Source of the DNA: Elusimicrobiota bacterium
GTDB lineage: Bacteria; Elusimicrobiota; Elusimicrobia; FEN-1173
Length of the DNA: 64,000 nt
Assembly (NCBI GenBank): GCA_016788905.1
Contig: JAEURZ010000014.1
Location: 14,707-78,706, forward strand
Reading direction: 5' to 3'
The notes beneath the pieces are model-generated. The model saw only the letters and a program-made list of their open reading frames with translations, did not search any database and was not told the origin of the DNA. Positions 19,788-30,892 of this stretch are shown here, piece by piece. Every line of letters starts with the position of its first letter. Positions within the stretch are counted from its first letter, which is position 1. A program made the position numbers and the translations under genes.

Positions 19788-22188
19788 CAGGGGGCCTCCC
19801 CGGCGCGGTTTCCGCGCCCGTGGACACTGATCCGGCGAGACTTTTGATGACACCGATGACGCTGTCGGGGTTGAGCGAAATCGTATCGATCCCGGACCGA
19901 ACGAGGAACGCGGCAAATTCCGGATGGTCCGAGGGGGCCTGCCCACAAATGCCCACCTTTCTTCCCTTGGCGTGGGCCCGCCGGATGATGTCCTCGATCA
20001 AACGCGTGACGGCAGGATTTCGTTCGTTAAACAGGGGGGCCAACGTTCCGGAATCCCGATCCACCCCTAAAGTCAATTGGGTGAGGTCGTTAGACCCGAT
20101 GGAAAACCCGTCGAATCGGTCAGCGAACGCCTCCGCAAGGATCACGTTAGACGGTATTTCACACATCACGTAAACTTCCAGCCCGTGCGCCCCGCGCGTC
20201 AAGCCGTTGGACGCCAGTTGGGCCAACACCTGGTCCGCCTCCTCAACGGTCCGACAAAAAGGGACCATGACCACCACGTTGGTGAACCCCTTCTTTTCTC
20301 GCACTTCCTTAATCGCGCGGCATTCCAGGGCAAAACCTTCCCGATAGTCCGGATGGTAGTAACGCGAGGCGCCACGCCAACCGATCATCGGGTTCTCCTC
20401 TTGGGGTTCGAATTCTTTCCCCCCCAAGAGGTTGGCATACTCGTTCGTTTTAAAATCGGAGAATCGCACAATCACAGGATGGGGATGCTGGGACGCGGCG
20501 ATTTGGGCCACACCCGAAGCCAACCGCTCCACGAAATAATCCGTGGGATGTTTATACCCCCGGGTCAGCCGAGCGATCTCCCGACGAACAGCGGGATTTT
20601 TAACCCGCTGGGGATGAACGAGAGCCATGGGGTGCACGCGAATGACATCATTGATGATAAATTCCAGCCGCGCGAGTCCAATCCCTTGGACCGGGAGACG
20701 CCACCATTGGAACGCCGCCGCTGGGCTGGCGATGTTGAGCATCAGAGGAACAGGAGGGGTGGGCAACTTTTCCAGGGGGATATCCACTTCTTCAAAGTCC
20801 AGGCGGCCGGGATACACCCGCCCGCGATCGCCCTCGGCACAGGACAGCGTCACGACTTGACCATTGAGAATGGCTTTCGTCGCTCGTCCGGTTCCCACAA
20901 TGGCGGGGATCCCCATCTCCCGACTCACGATGGCCGCGTGGGACGTGCGGCCACCGCGGTCGGTAATGATGCCAACCGCTTTTTTCATGACCGGCACCCA
21001 GTCCGGGTCCGTGTTGCCTGTCACCAATAGGTGACCTGGTTTGAATTTTTTAATATCCGCTGTTCGCTTGATGATTTGGGCGGGCCCGACAGCAATGGCG
21101 TCCCCCACCGCTAAGCCTTCCACCAACGGTGGCACGCGCTTTTTCAGGCGGTAGGCCCGTAAGGTCCCCTCTTTTTTCCGGCTCTGGAACGTTTCAGGCC
21201 GGGCCTGGACAAGATACAACGCCCCCCGTGCGCCGTCCTTTGCCCACTCCATATCCATGGGTTTTCCGTAATGTTTTTCGACCGTGACCGCCCATTGGGC
21301 CAAGGTCAGGAGCTCTTTTTCCGATAGGACAAACCGGAGACGTTCGCTTCGAGAGGTCGGCACGTTTTTTGTGGCGCCGCCGGCCACGTAAACCATTTTG
21401 ATGTCCTTCACCCCCAGGCGCGAGGTGAGGATCGGGCAAACGTCGGGCGTGCCAAGAAACGGTTTAAAAACCACATGCTCGTCCGGCGTGACCCGCCCCT
21501 GGACCACATTTTCCCCCAGCCCCCAGGCGGCGGTGATCACCACCACACGTGGAAACCCCGTGTCCGTGTGAAGGGAAAAAAGAACACCAGCCCCCGCTTT
21601 ATCGGCCCGCACCATTTGCTGAACGCCCACCGAGAGCGCAACCCGCTGATGGTCATACCCATTCTCTTCCCGATAGCGGATGGCCCGATCGGTAAAAAGG
21701 CTGGCGTAGCAACGGCGCACCGCGTCCACGAGAGCGGCTTCGCCTTTCACGTTCAGGTAACTTTCGTGTTGCCCCGCAAAACTGGCGTTGGGCAAATCTT
21801 CCGCCGTCGCGCTGGACCGCACGGCGACCCCCAGGCGAGGCTGACCCGCGTCACGGCAGAGGCGTTGGTAGGCGGAACGGATTTCGAATTCTACGTCAGA
21901 AGGGAGAACCCCTTGGAGGATCAATTTCCGAAGAGAAGCCCCTGTGGTGGCCAGGCTTTTGTTTTTGGTTTTGTGGGCCAGGAGAATACGGCGGATCGGG
22001 TCCCGCAATCGGTTCTGATCCAAAAACTTACCGTAGGCTTCAGCGGTGGTGGCGAAGCCGGGCGGGACACGAATCCCCTCCCGGGACAATTCCCGAATCA
22101 TCTCGCCCAAAGACGCGTTCTTCCCGCCCACGCGGGGAATATCGTTGAGGCTCACATCGCGGAAATCCACTACCCAGGACATAGACAC
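19777..22188 (-). CDS. ppsA: Phosphoenolpyruvate synthase (pyruvate, water dikinase)
   Basis: 803 aa; N-terminal ATP-grasp (DIPRVGGKNASLGEM), central phospho-His domain (GGRTSHAAIVSREMGIPAIVG), C-terminal PEP-utilizing TIM barrel with GICGQAPSD. Confidence 0.9.
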   Translation of the reverse strand: MSMSWVVDFRDVSLNDIPRVGGKNASLGEMIRELSREGIRVPPGFATTAEAYGKFLDQNRLRDPIRRILLAHKTKNKSLATTGASLRKLILQGVLPSDVEFEIRSAYQRLCRDAGQPRLGVAVRSSATAEDLPNASFAGQHESYLNVKGEAALVDAVRRCYASLFTDRAIRYREENGYDHQRVALSVGVQQMVRADKAGAGVLFSLHTDTGFPRVVVITAAWGLGENVVQGRVTPDEHVVFKPFLGTPDVCPILTSRLGVKDIKMVYVAGGATKNVPTSRSERLRFVLSEKELLTLAQWAVTVEKHYGKPMDMEWAKDGARGALYLVQARPETFQSRKKEGTLRAYRLKKRVPPLVEGLAVGDAIAVGPAQIIKRTADIKKFKPGHLLVTGNTDPDWVPVMKKAVGIITDRGGRTSHAAIVSREMGIPAIVGTGRATKAILNGQVVTLSCAEGDRGRVYPGRLDFEEVDIPLEKLPTPPVPLMLNIASPAAAFQWWRLPVQGIGLARLEFIINDVIRVHPMALVHPQRVKNPAVRREIARLTRGYKHPTDYFVERLASGVAQIAASQHPHPVIVRFSDFKTNEYANLLGGKEFEPQEENPMIGWRGASRYYHPDYREGFALECRAIKEVREKKGFTNVVVMVPFCRTVEEADQVLAQLASNGLTRGAHGLEVYVMCEIPSNVILAEAFADRFDGFSIGSNDLTQLTLGVDRDSGTLAPLFNERNPAVTRLIEDIIRRAHAKGRKVGICGQAPSDHPEFAAFLVRSGIDTISLNPDSVIGVIKSLAGSVSTGAETAPGRPPDGL

Positions 22189-22235
22189 CCCCCCTTGGGT
22201 CGCCCCTCCATTCTAACCGTTGGGGAGGAAATTGG

Positions 22236-22253
22236 GGATGATCCCGGTCATCC
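22236..22253. other. Perfect hairpin GGATGA-TCCCGG-TCATCC in the 81-bp crp-ppsA spacer
   Basis: 6-bp stem, 6-nt loop seen directly; followed by a second GGGGATGA repeat. Confidence 0.4.
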
Positions 22254-22269
22254 TGGGGGATGACGGGGA

Positions 22270-23061
22270 TCAGGGGCGTTGAAACGACGTTTCAGCCTGA
22301 CGCATCAGCTTGGTGGGATCCAGAAGAGTGATCGACTTTGGGTCGAGACGAACCAAACCCCATTGACGTAATTGACTGAGCAGACGGATGGTGGTTTCTT
22401 GGGTGGTCCCGATCATTTCGGCCATTTCTTCCCGGGTAAGCGACAGGGCGATTTTTGTTCCTTTGGGAGCGGGCCGTCCGTACGTGTTTCCTAACGTGAG
22501 GAGAAGCCGAGCCAACCGTACGAGAACCGGTTTTTCCACCATGTCCATCAGGCGGTCTTCCACTTCGTCCAGTTCCAGCGCCATCCGTTTGAGGAGAGCT
22601 TCCGCCACCAGAGGGTTTTCAACCATCATGGAAAGAAACGTTTTCCGATCCACAAAACAAATTCGGGTGTCCCCTAAAACTTCAGCCGAAAAACTGTGGG
22701 GTTTCTCCGTCAAGACCGCCCGATGGCCCACCAACGACCCTTCTTTCGCAATGCCAATAATTTGGGGACGCCCTTGGCTTCCCGATTTCGACAATTTGAG
22801 TTGTCCTTCATACACGCAATAGACCCCTAGGGCCGGGTGTCCTTCGTAGAAGATCACTTGGCCTTTTCGGTAACAATTGTCGGTTTTGCATCGGTCCAAT
22901 ACCCGAAGACGATCCCGGGTCAGACGGGAAAACACCCCCTCCAACCGGGTCGGACAGGCCTCACAATGAACGGGATTTTCCGCGCAGGTGGACATGCCTC
23001 TATTATACATATTGGAGTTCCCCACTCGCGTGGCTTCACGATTTTCTACAATAGCGTCCAT
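22270..23061 (-). CDS. Crp/Fnr-family transcriptional regulator with an N-terminal Cys cluster
   Basis: cNMP-binding beta-roll ([19 protein letters not shown]) and C-terminal HTH ([22 protein letters not shown]); N-terminal [11 protein letters not shown]; start placed at the ATG whose complement overlaps the purE ATG (alternative upstream start 23244). Confidence 0.65.
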   Translation of the reverse strand: MDAIVENREATRVGNSNMYNRGMSTCAENPVHCEACPTRLEGVFSRLTRDRLRVLDRCKTDNCYRKGQVIFYEGHPALGVYCVYEGQLKLSKSGSQGRPQIIGIAKEGSLVGHRAVLTEKPHSFSAEVLGDTRICFVDRKTFLSMMVENPLVAEALLKRMALELDEVEDRLMDMVEKPVLVRLARLLLTLGNTYGRPAPKGTKIALSLTREEMAEMIGTTQETTIRLLSQLRQWGLVRLDPKSITLLDPTKLMRQAETSFQRP

Positions 23062-23551
23062 GAAAAATCCCCTCGTGGCTGTCATCATGGGTTCGAAGAG
23101 TGATTGGGAAACAATGCAACACGCCGCGGCGGTGCTTAAGGACTTTGGCGTGTCGCACGAATGCCGAGTGGTTTCGGCCCACCGAACCCCCGCCTGGATG
23201 GCCACGTTCGCTGCCCAAGCGGAGTCCCAAGGATTGGAAGTCATTATTGCCGGAGCGGGAGGGGCGGCTCATCTTCCGGGAATGGTCGCGGCCCAAACCA
23301 CCTTGCCTGTTTTGGGTGTCCCGGTGGAAAGCCGCGCCTTGAAAGGTCTCGATTCCTTGCTTTCCATCGCCCAGATGCCCGCGGGAATCCCTGTGGGGAC
23401 CTTGGCCATCGGGAAAGCAGGGGCCACGAACGCCGGTCTTCTGGCCGTGGCAATATTGGCCAACAAACGGGCGGACCTTCGTAAAAAACTTACCGCGTTT
23501 CGATCTCGACAAACCAAACGGGTGTTAAAAGACACCTTACCGAAAACGTGA
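23060..23551 (+). CDS. purE: N5-carboxyaminoimidazole ribonucleotide mutase PurE
   Basis: [19 protein letters not shown]...[13 protein letters not shown] PurE signature; 163 aa. Confidence 0.85.
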   Translation: MKNPLVAVIMGSKSDWETMQHAAAVLKDFGVSHECRVVSAHRTPAWMATFAAQAESQGLEVIIAGAGGAAHLPGMVAAQTTLPVLGVPVESRALKGLDSLLSIAQMPAGIPVGTLAIGKAGATNAGLLAVAILANKRADLRKKLTAFRSRQTKRVLKDTLPKT

Positions 23552-24690
23552 CGACATTGATCCCACCCGGGTCAGCGGTCGGTGTTCTCGGATCGGGCCA
23601 GTTGGGTCGGATGTTTGCGATCGCGGCCCGACGCATGGGATACCGCGTTCACACGTATTCGGAAGAATCCGACACCCCCACCGGCCAAGTGTCTGACGTT
23701 GAAATCGCCGCTCCTTACGAGGATTTGGACGCCGTCCGGGCCTTCGCTAAGAACGTTTCGGTGGTGACTTTTGAATTCGAGAATGTCCCCGCGGCCTGCG
23801 TGCAAGCGGCGGAAGAATTTGTCCCCGTGCGCCCGAACGGGAATGCCCTTTTTATCTCACAACATCGCCTTCGTGAGAAAACATTTCTTTCTAAAAATGG
23901 TTTCCCCGTGACCGCCTTCCGTGAGATCAAATCTCTTGAGGAATTGACCGCGGGTCTTCAGGCCTTTGGTGTGCCCGCCATTTTAAAAACCGCGGGGTTT
24001 GGCTACGACGGGAAGGGGCAACGAATGATCCGAAAAATGGAAGAGGCCGCAGAAGCCTTCGCCAGTTTTCAAGGGGTTCCCACTGTCTTGGAAGCTTTTG
24101 TGGATTTCAGCTGTGAGCTGTCCGTGGTGGCCGCCCGGGCCTTGAATGGAGCCACTGCCGATTGGGGCGCTGTCGAAAACACCCACGTCAACCACATTTT
24201 AGACGTCTCTGTTTCCCCCCCCCTTTCCGTTCCCCCGAAACTGGCGAACGAAGCCGCCGCCATGGCCCATGACGTTTTGAAGGCGTTGGACGTGGTGGGG
24301 GTGATGTGTGTGGAGTTTTTTTTAACGAATTCCGGGCGGCTGATCATTAACGAGCTGGCCCCGCGACCGCACAATTCGGGCCATCTCACCTTTGACGCCA
24401 CGGTCACCAGCCAGTTCGAACAGCAATTGCGAGCCATCTGTGGCCTGCCCTTGGGCGCCACCGATCGGTTCGCCCCCGCGGCCATGGCAAACCTTCTGGG
24501 CGACCTCTGGGCCGCCGGAACCCCCGTTTGGGAACGGGCCCTGGTGTTTCCGGATGTCAAACTTCATCTGTATGGAAAAACCGAACCCCGCCCGGGCCGA
24601 AAGATGGGCCACCTCACAGCTCTCGCCCGAACGTCCGAAGAAGCCGCGCAATTGGTACGCCAAGCGCGACGGGCCCTTTCTCCAGCCTAA
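23548..24690 (+). CDS. purK: N5-carboxyaminoimidazole ribonucleotide synthetase PurK (ATP-grasp)
   Basis: [13 protein letters not shown]-terminus and ATP-grasp motifs; ATGA overlap with purE. Confidence 0.85.
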   Translation: MTTLIPPGSAVGVLGSGQLGRMFAIAARRMGYRVHTYSEESDTPTGQVSDVEIAAPYEDLDAVRAFAKNVSVVTFEFENVPAACVQAAEEFVPVRPNGNALFISQHRLREKTFLSKNGFPVTAFREIKSLEELTAGLQAFGVPAILKTAGFGYDGKGQRMIRKMEEAAEAFASFQGVPTVLEAFVDFSCELSVVAARALNGATADWGAVENTHVNHILDVSVSPPLSVPPKLANEAAAMAHDVLKALDVVGVMCVEFFLTNSGRLIINELAPRPHNSGHLTFDATVTSQFEQQLRAICGLPLGATDRFAPAAMANLLGDLWAAGTPVWERALVFPDVKLHLYGKTEPRPGRKMGHLTALARTSEEAAQLVRQARRALSPA

Positions 24691-25919
24691 AGCTTTCCCT
24701 GCAAGGCGTGGCTCACCATCCCGGAAGGAATTTTGGGGTAAAAGTAGGTGCTTTTGGGAGGCATCACGGACCCTAGAGTGGAAACATCCAGAACTTCCTT
24801 CACGGTGTTGGGGGCCAAGAAAAACGCCCAGCCTTTGGAGTGTTGAGCACTTTTCACCGCTTCGGTGGGGTTCCGCGTAAAGAAAAAATCTTCCTTTCCC
24901 AACCCCTTCAGCGGCCCCCCGTGCAGACAAGCCACCGCTAGATTTTCGTGGGGCGTATTTTTTAGTTCCCCTGGGATTTGGGAAAACGTGTAGAGAAAAT
25001 ATTTTCCATCCCGATATACGCCCACCTCGAGGACTCCAGGTCCTTTTTTTCCATCGATAAGTTTCTTGAGAGCGTTCAGTCCTCGAACGGGTTTTAAGTT
25101 TCCCCATTTTTCTAAATTCACGAATTTCCGTTTTTCCCAGGGCACCGCGCGGTGCGTGGGAAGAACTTCCAGCCCCTTGTCGTCCGATGAGGAAAAGTAG
25201 GCCAGCACATGATCGGCCGCTGGGGCCCCGTTCTTTAAGGACCGGCGCGCCCATTGACTGTAGGCGAGAGACGTTTCGTAACGGTGGTGTCCATCCGCGA
25301 TGGCGCACGGGGATTTTTTGAAAACCCGTTGAAGTTCTCGAGCCGCAGCGTCGTTTTTCCAAATCCAAAGTCGATGGGTCACGCCGGATTCATCCTTAAA
25401 CTGCATCCAGGGGTGGCCTTTGGTCTGAAGACGCGTTAAGGCTTCCACACGACCCGAAGCGTCCCGAACCAAAAGTTGGATAGGGCTGGTTTGGGCACGG
25501 AGAGCCTTAAAAAGCAGAAGTCGATCCACCTTGGCGGTGGGTAATGTTTTTTCATGGGGATAAACACCTTGGCCCCAGGGAACCACCTTGAGCGCGGCAA
25601 AGAACCCACGCCGGACCAGGGGACGACCGTCCACCGGGGACCGAAACCGGGCTTCATACACATAGAATACCGGTGTTTTTTCACGGGTGAGAACCCCTTC
25701 CGCGTTCCACTTTTTCCATTGTTTCGCCGCCTCATCGTAGCGTGCCGAGGGATCCCCCATAGGCAGCTCAACCCGCACAAAATTTTGCGGGTCCTTTTTC
25801 ACCAAAGATTCTCGACCTGGAGGAGAAATAACATCATAAGGGGGGCAAACCAAGCGTCCGATTTTCTTTTGATATTTGGCGCCGTAAACAAAGGCTCGAA
25901 ACGGTTTAATGTCAGGCAT
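24687..25919 (-). CDS. DUF1015-family conserved protein
   Basis: N-terminus MPDIKPFRAFVY matches the DUF1015 start consensus (M..I.PF.A.RY); start at the internal Met 25919. Confidence 0.5.
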   Translation of the reverse strand: MPDIKPFRAFVYGAKYQKKIGRLVCPPYDVISPPGRESLVKKDPQNFVRVELPMGDPSARYDEAAKQWKKWNAEGVLTREKTPVFYVYEARFRSPVDGRPLVRRGFFAALKVVPWGQGVYPHEKTLPTAKVDRLLLFKALRAQTSPIQLLVRDASGRVEALTRLQTKGHPWMQFKDESGVTHRLWIWKNDAAARELQRVFKKSPCAIADGHHRYETSLAYSQWARRSLKNGAPAADHVLAYFSSSDDKGLEVLPTHRAVPWEKRKFVNLEKWGNLKPVRGLNALKKLIDGKKGPGVLEVGVYRDGKYFLYTFSQIPGELKNTPHENLAVACLHGGPLKGLGKEDFFFTRNPTEAVKSAQHSKGWAFFLAPNTVKEVLDVSTLGSVMPPKSTYFYPKIPSGMVSHALQGKL

Positions 25920-25954
25920 GATTTTTCCTTGTGTTGGGTTAGAATAAATCGAAA

Positions 25955-26947
25955 CTACAATTCCAGCGTGATCCCCCGCTTTAATTGGAGAGCTCTCTGG
26001 TAAACACAACCGGCCACCGCCACATCCTGAATGGCGAGGCCCGTGGAATCGAAAACCGTGATGTCCCGGTCCGATTGGCGCCCGGGTTTCTTCCCCGTCA
26101 CAATTTCACCCAGACTGGCCGCAATGTTTCGAACGGTGATGGTCCCCGCCTCAATACCCATATTGATTTCACCGGAATGAAGGGCTTGTTCGGGACTGTC
26201 CACAATGACCCGCGCCCGCTTCAATATCTCCACATCCAATTCCTGTTTACCCGGGGCATCGGCCCCGATAGCGTTGATATGGGTCCCTTCACGAATCCAA
26301 TCGGATTTCACCACCACGTCCCGGCCCGGCGTGGTGGTCACCACAATGTCCGCCCCACAGGCCTCTTGAACCGTTACCGGACGAAGAACTGGACCGCCCG
26401 AACGGGCGTGGCGCGTGCAGAAAGATTGAGCTTCTTCCAGCGATTGCGCCGCCACGAGAACTTCCCGCAAAGGGAAGAGAGTCGCCAGGGCCGTGAACTG
26501 GGTTGCCGCTTGCCGCCCGGCGCCCACCAAACCCAAAATACTCGATTCTTTCCGGGCCAAATATTTTGCGGCCACACCGCCTCCCGCTCCGGTCCGAACA
26601 TCGGTCAGCCGACCCGCGGCCATGACCGCGAGGGGCATCCCGGTCTCCGGGTCGTTCAGAATATAGATGGCGCTCACCGTGGGCAGTCCCCGTTTGGGGT
26701 TTCCCGGATGGGAATTGACCACTTTGACCCCCGCAAAAGGCCGATTCCCCGCACAGGAAATTTTAGGGATGTAGGCCGGCATGGCCCGCAGGTCGCCCCC
26801 ATATTCCGTAAATTCCAAATAGAGTTTCGGCGGCATTTGGGCATCGCCCCGGGCCAAATGGCCAAAGGCTTCTTCCACCAACGGCATGGCCGCCTCCACC
26901 GTAAGTAAACGATCCACCTCTTTTTCGGAGAGCCAGAGAATGTCCAT
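25955..26947 (-). CDS. Ornithine cyclodeaminase / mu-crystallin family NAD-binding protein
   Basis: LGLVGAGRQAATQFTALATLFP Rossmann motif and overall OCD-family pattern; 330 aa. Confidence 0.65.
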   Translation of the reverse strand: MDILWLSEKEVDRLLTVEAAMPLVEEAFGHLARGDAQMPPKLYLEFTEYGGDLRAMPAYIPKISCAGNRPFAGVKVVNSHPGNPKRGLPTVSAIYILNDPETGMPLAVMAAGRLTDVRTGAGGGVAAKYLARKESSILGLVGAGRQAATQFTALATLFPLREVLVAAQSLEEAQSFCTRHARSGGPVLRPVTVQEACGADIVVTTTPGRDVVVKSDWIREGTHINAIGADAPGKQELDVEILKRARVIVDSPEQALHSGEINMGIEAGTITVRNIAASLGEIVTGKKPGRQSDRDITVFDSTGLAIQDVAVAGCVYQRALQLKRGITLEL

Positions 26948-28224
26948 TAGACCTCCCGGAAGGCAGCTTGCGCCGCGGATAGCGTTTTTTCGATATCGTG
27001 AATCGAATGGGCGGCCGAAACGAAACTCGCCTCAAATTGAGATGGGGGGAAATACACTCCCCGCTTCAACAGACCGTGAAAAAATCTTCCGTAAGCGGCG
27101 GTGTTCGATTTCTCTGCGGAAACCAAATCCGTTACGGGATGAGGAGTGAAGAACACGGTAAACATGGACCCCACATTATTGACCGTGACCTCCACCCCCT
27201 GCCGACGGGCCAGATCCCGTAAGCCCTCTGTCAATAGCTTGGTTTTTTTTCGAAGGGCCCCATAGGGGGGGGATTTTTTTAACAGGGCCAACGTCGCCGC
27301 CCCTGCCGCCATGGCCACCGGATTTCCCGATAGAGTGCCCGCCTGATACACCGGGCCCAAGGGCGCGACCTTTTCCATCAAACGCTTGGGTCCTCCGAAA
27401 GCTCCCACGGGGAATCCGCCCCCAAGAATCTTGCCGAAACAGGTGATGTCCGCCTGAAGCCCCAACCATTCTTGCGCCCCGCCCCACGCCAACCGAAAAC
27501 CTGTCATCACCTCGTCCACGATAAGGAGAGCGCCGTGACGGCGGGGAATATTTTGGAGCGCCCCTTGAAATTCAGGCGAGGGGGAGACCACCCCCATGTT
27601 CCCCACCACCGGTTCAACGATGACGGCCGCAATCTTTTTTCCCCATTTTGAAAACACCTTGGCGAGCGCCACGGGATCGTTGTAGGGAAGGACCAAGGTT
27701 AACCGGGCCAGTTCCTTGGGGACTCCCGCCGATGTGGGGTGGCCCAGTGTGAGAGCCCCACTCCCCGCGGAAACCAAGAGGCTGTCCCCATGGCCATGAT
27801 AACAACCCGCAAATTTCACAATCAACGATCGCCCCGTGGTGCCCCGAGCCAATCGAAGCGCCGAAAGACAGGCCTCCGTTCCCGAACTCGTGAACCGGAG
27901 AAGATCAACGGTGGGATAGGCCTGGCGCACCAAATGGGCCAGGGCGAGTTCCCGGGGGGAGGGTGCTCCAAAGGAACTGCCCTCTTCCAAGGCCCGGCGG
28001 GCCTCCTGAACAACGACCGGATGGGCGTGGCCCAAAATCAGAGGGCCCCAGGATCCCACGTAATCCACATATTTTTTGTTGTCCACATCCGTGAGGGTAG
28101 AGCCCCGGGCCCGGGCCATAAAGACGGGGGTTCCCCCCACCGCGCGAAAGGCACGCACGGGGGAATTAACTCCTCCCACAAATATTTTTTGGGCTTGCTT
28201 AAAAAGAGTTTGGGAACGGGTCAT
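26947..28224 (-). CDS. hemL: Glutamate-1-semialdehyde 2,1-aminomutase HemL
   Basis: LFKQAQKIFVGGVNSPVRAF...VDEVMTGFR class-III aminotransferase / HemL signature; 425 aa. Confidence 0.9.
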   Translation of the reverse strand: MTRSQTLFKQAQKIFVGGVNSPVRAFRAVGGTPVFMARARGSTLTDVDNKKYVDYVGSWGPLILGHAHPVVVQEARRALEEGSSFGAPSPRELALAHLVRQAYPTVDLLRFTSSGTEACLSALRLARGTTGRSLIVKFAGCYHGHGDSLLVSAGSGALTLGHPTSAGVPKELARLTLVLPYNDPVALAKVFSKWGKKIAAVIVEPVVGNMGVVSPSPEFQGALQNIPRRHGALLIVDEVMTGFRLAWGGAQEWLGLQADITCFGKILGGGFPVGAFGGPKRLMEKVAPLGPVYQAGTLSGNPVAMAAGAATLALLKKSPPYGALRKKTKLLTEGLRDLARRQGVEVTVNNVGSMFTVFFTPHPVTDLVSAEKSNTAAYGRFFHGLLKRGVYFPPSQFEASFVSAAHSIHDIEKTLSAAQAAFREV

Positions 28225-29072
28225 GGGGTCTCCGTATCGTTGGGAGGTGCAGGGACATAGACCGTGGTGTTCTCCGGAAGCCCATCTCGACGAATTTGAA
28301 ATCCACCGGGTGGTAAAAATTTTACACGTTCAAATCTTTCGATAAAAGGCGCCAGAGGATTGAACTCAAAGAAGCGCGTGCGTGGGGTACCGTAATGCAT
28401 GGGGATCACAACACGGGGGCGAATTTCCTGGACCAACCCCGCCGCCGTTTCTGCGTCAACGGTGGTTCGGCCCCCCACAGGAATAAAAAGGACATCCACC
28501 CCCGTTAAGGCTTCTTTTTGTTCCGGTCGAAGGGAGCGCTGGCCCATATCCCCTAAATGGGCCCACCGAAGCCCTCCCATCTCCCACACATACATTCGGG
28601 TGGTTCCGTTCCTTCGCCCTTCCTGATCATCATGGTCCGCCAATGTCCCGACCACCTCGATTCCCGCGACCATTTGGGTTCCCGTACTGCGCACCACAGG
28701 AAAAGCCGCGGACGCCGATGGGGCCGCGCGGGATTCGGACCTTCGAGACAGACTCACTTCCTTCCCGGCGACCACATTATTTTCTTGGGCTGGCAAAAGA
28801 GCAGGAGGCTTAGGAACCGCGTCGTGGTCAAAGTGTTCGTGGGACACCAGGGCCGCGTCCGGCTTGATCTTCACCGCCGGATACCCGACCGTATCGTCAA
28901 AGGGGTCCAGAAGAAAAACCCGCCCCGCGCTGTCCTGAAGCGTGAAACAGGAATGCCCTTTCCAAACCACGAATACCCCGAGATTCGGATCGCCAGGCGG
29001 TCGGACCAGGGGACGCGAGAAACATCCACTTCCCCCCAGAACGATAAGACAAACGAACCAAAATGGCTTCAT
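28221..29072 (-). CDS. Metallo-beta-lactamase-fold hydrolase, lipoprotein
   Basis: Signal/lipobox LGGSGC; HEHFDHD zinc-binding motif. Confidence 0.6.
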   Translation of the reverse strand: MKPFWFVCLIVLGGSGCFSRPLVRPPGDPNLGVFVVWKGHSCFTLQDSAGRVFLLDPFDDTVGYPAVKIKPDAALVSHEHFDHDAVPKPPALLPAQENNVVAGKEVSLSRRSESRAAPSASAAFPVVRSTGTQMVAGIEVVGTLADHDDQEGRRNGTTRMYVWEMGGLRWAHLGDMGQRSLRPEQKEALTGVDVLFIPVGGRTTVDAETAAGLVQEIRPRVVIPMHYGTPRTRFFEFNPLAPFIERFERVKFLPPGGFQIRRDGLPENTTVYVPAPPNDTETP

Positions 29073-30046
29073 TGATCCGCGAGCCGTTGAGCCATCTCCT
29101 GGGCGTGGTAGGTCAAAATCACGTCGGCGCCCGCACGCTTAATGGAAAGGAGGATTTCTTCCATGACCCTTGGCCCGTCCACCCATCCTTTCGCCGCGGC
29201 GGCCTTCACCAGGGCGTATTCGCCCGAAACGTTGTAAGCGGCCACCGGTACATCAAACCGATCTCTGACCCGTTGGATCACGTCCAAATAGGCTAACGCG
29301 GGTTTCACCATGACCATGTCGGCCCCTTCTTCTAGATCCAACGCTACTTCCTTGAGGGCTTCACGACCGTTGGCGGGGTCCATCTGATGGGTTCGTCGAT
29401 CCCCAAAGGCCGGAACCGACTGGGCCGCGTCTCGGAACGGGCCGTAGAAAGACGAAGCGTATTTAGCGGCGTAGGCCAAAATGGCCGTGTTCTTTCGACC
29501 GTCCGCGTCCAAGGAACGTCGGATGGCGGCCACCGCGCCGTCCATCATTCCGGAGGGAGCCACCCAATCGGCGCCCGCGGCCGCTTGCACGAGGGCTGTT
29601 CGGCTCAAGAGTTCAAGCGTGGCGTCGTTATCAATTTCAGCACCACGAACAACCCCACAATGGCCGTGATCCGTGTATTCACAAAGACACAAATCCGTTA
29701 TTACAAGCAGGTCAGGCAAGGCGTCTTTCACCGCCCGAACAGCCCGCTGGACAATTCCATCGGGAGAATAAGCGTCTCGTCCAAGGGGATCCTTCTTGGC
29801 TGGAACACCAAAAAGGATGATCGCGGGAACCCCCAGCTTCGCGCAGGCGCGGGCGTCTTTGACCATCTGATCGACGGAAAGCTGGCTGACGCCCGGCATG
29901 CTTCGCACAGAGCGGCGTTCGTTTTTTCCGGGTCGAACAAAAAACGGTTGAATCAAATCGGCGGGAGTCAGTTCTGTTTCACGGAGCATACGCCGGGAAG
30001 AAAGGGACGATCGGAGCCGACGGGGACGAATTTTAGGGAGGGGCAT
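29069..30046 (-). CDS. hemB: Porphobilinogen synthase (delta-aminolevulinate dehydratase) HemB
   Basis: RPRRLR...LIQPFFV N-terminus, active-site lysine context [12 protein letters not shown]; 325 aa. Confidence 0.9.
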   Translation of the reverse strand: MPLPKIRPRRLRSSLSSRRMLRETELTPADLIQPFFVRPGKNERRSVRSMPGVSQLSVDQMVKDARACAKLGVPAIILFGVPAKKDPLGRDAYSPDGIVQRAVRAVKDALPDLLVITDLCLCEYTDHGHCGVVRGAEIDNDATLELLSRTALVQAAAGADWVAPSGMMDGAVAAIRRSLDADGRKNTAILAYAAKYASSFYGPFRDAAQSVPAFGDRRTHQMDPANGREALKEVALDLEEGADMVMVKPALAYLDVIQRVRDRFDVPVAAYNVSGEYALVKAAAAKGWVDGPRVMEEILLSIKRAGADVILTYHAQEMAQRLADQ

Positions 30047-30050
30047 GGAA

Positions 30051-30863
30051 CTATTTTACTTTTTCCCTGAAACCCTGGGCCAGAATCCGAAGCATCGCCG
30101 GATGGATGGGTCCGTTCGAAGCCAGCGTCTGGGACGTGTCGGTTAACGCGTAGGGCCGACCCCTGAAATTCGTCACCCGTCCACCGGCCTCCTCCACCAA
30201 CAATTTCCCAGCGGCCGCGTCCCAAGGTTTAAGATTAAATTCCCAATACCCGTCAAATCGCCCCGCCGCCACATAGGCCAAATCCAAGGCCGCCGCTCCC
30301 AGCCGCCGCAGCCCCTGAACCCGTTGCATGAATTGTTCCACGAAGGAGAGATAGAAGCGGGCTTTTTTATGCCTGTCGTAAGGGAAACCCGTCACGAGCA
30401 AACTGTCGATCAAACGTTGGGTTTTGGAAACATGAATCGGGCGCCCATTCAATGTGGCTCCTTTTCCTTTCACCGCAATAAATAGTTCTTCCCGAAAAGG
30501 ATCATAGACACCCCCCATCAAAACCTGTCCGTTTTTTTCCAATCCGATGGACACACAACTGATGGGAACCCTGTGGGCAAAGTTCACCGTCCCGTCCAAA
30601 GGATCCACCACCCAGCGGTATTCCGAGGAAGAGGCGTGGAGGCCTGACTCTTCCATGAGAAACCCATGGTCCGGGAACGCGCCGCGAAGAACGTTAAGAA
30701 TCTTTTTTTCTGCCGCGTGGTCCACCGTTGTCACGATGTCGACCACTCCCTTGTGCGAAATAGAAATAGACCGGCGAGCCCCCCGCCGGTGAATGGCCCC
30801 CGCCTCGGTTAAGGCGCGACGAAGCGCGCGCAACAAAGAAGTGGGTGTGGGCGTTGCGTTCAT
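30051..30863 (-). CDS. Inositol-monophosphatase-family protein (SuhB/CysQ-like)
   Basis: [12 protein letters not shown] metal-binding motif and GG..DP... IMPase fold. Confidence 0.75.
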   Translation of the reverse strand: MNATPTPTSLLRALRRALTEAGAIHRRGARRSISISHKGVVDIVTTVDHAAEKKILNVLRGAFPDHGFLMEESGLHASSSEYRWVVDPLDGTVNFAHRVPISCVSIGLEKNGQVLMGGVYDPFREELFIAVKGKGATLNGRPIHVSKTQRLIDSLLVTGFPYDRHKKARFYLSFVEQFMQRVQGLRRLGAAALDLAYVAAGRFDGYWEFNLKPWDAAAGKLLVEEAGGRVTNFRGRPYALTDTSQTLASNGPIHPAMLRILAQGFREKVK

Positions 30864-30892
30864 GCTTGAACCGCACCGATCAGGAAATTATG

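Noticed and set aside
20077-21030. 317-aa plus-strand ORF (and many 60-190-aa ORFs) antisense to ppsA, hox, gcv, glmS and other genes
   Set aside because: They lie entirely within strongly supported minus-strand genes, are low-complexity (R/P/G-rich), have no motifs, and are the expected stop-codon-poor antisense frames of a 60% GC genome.
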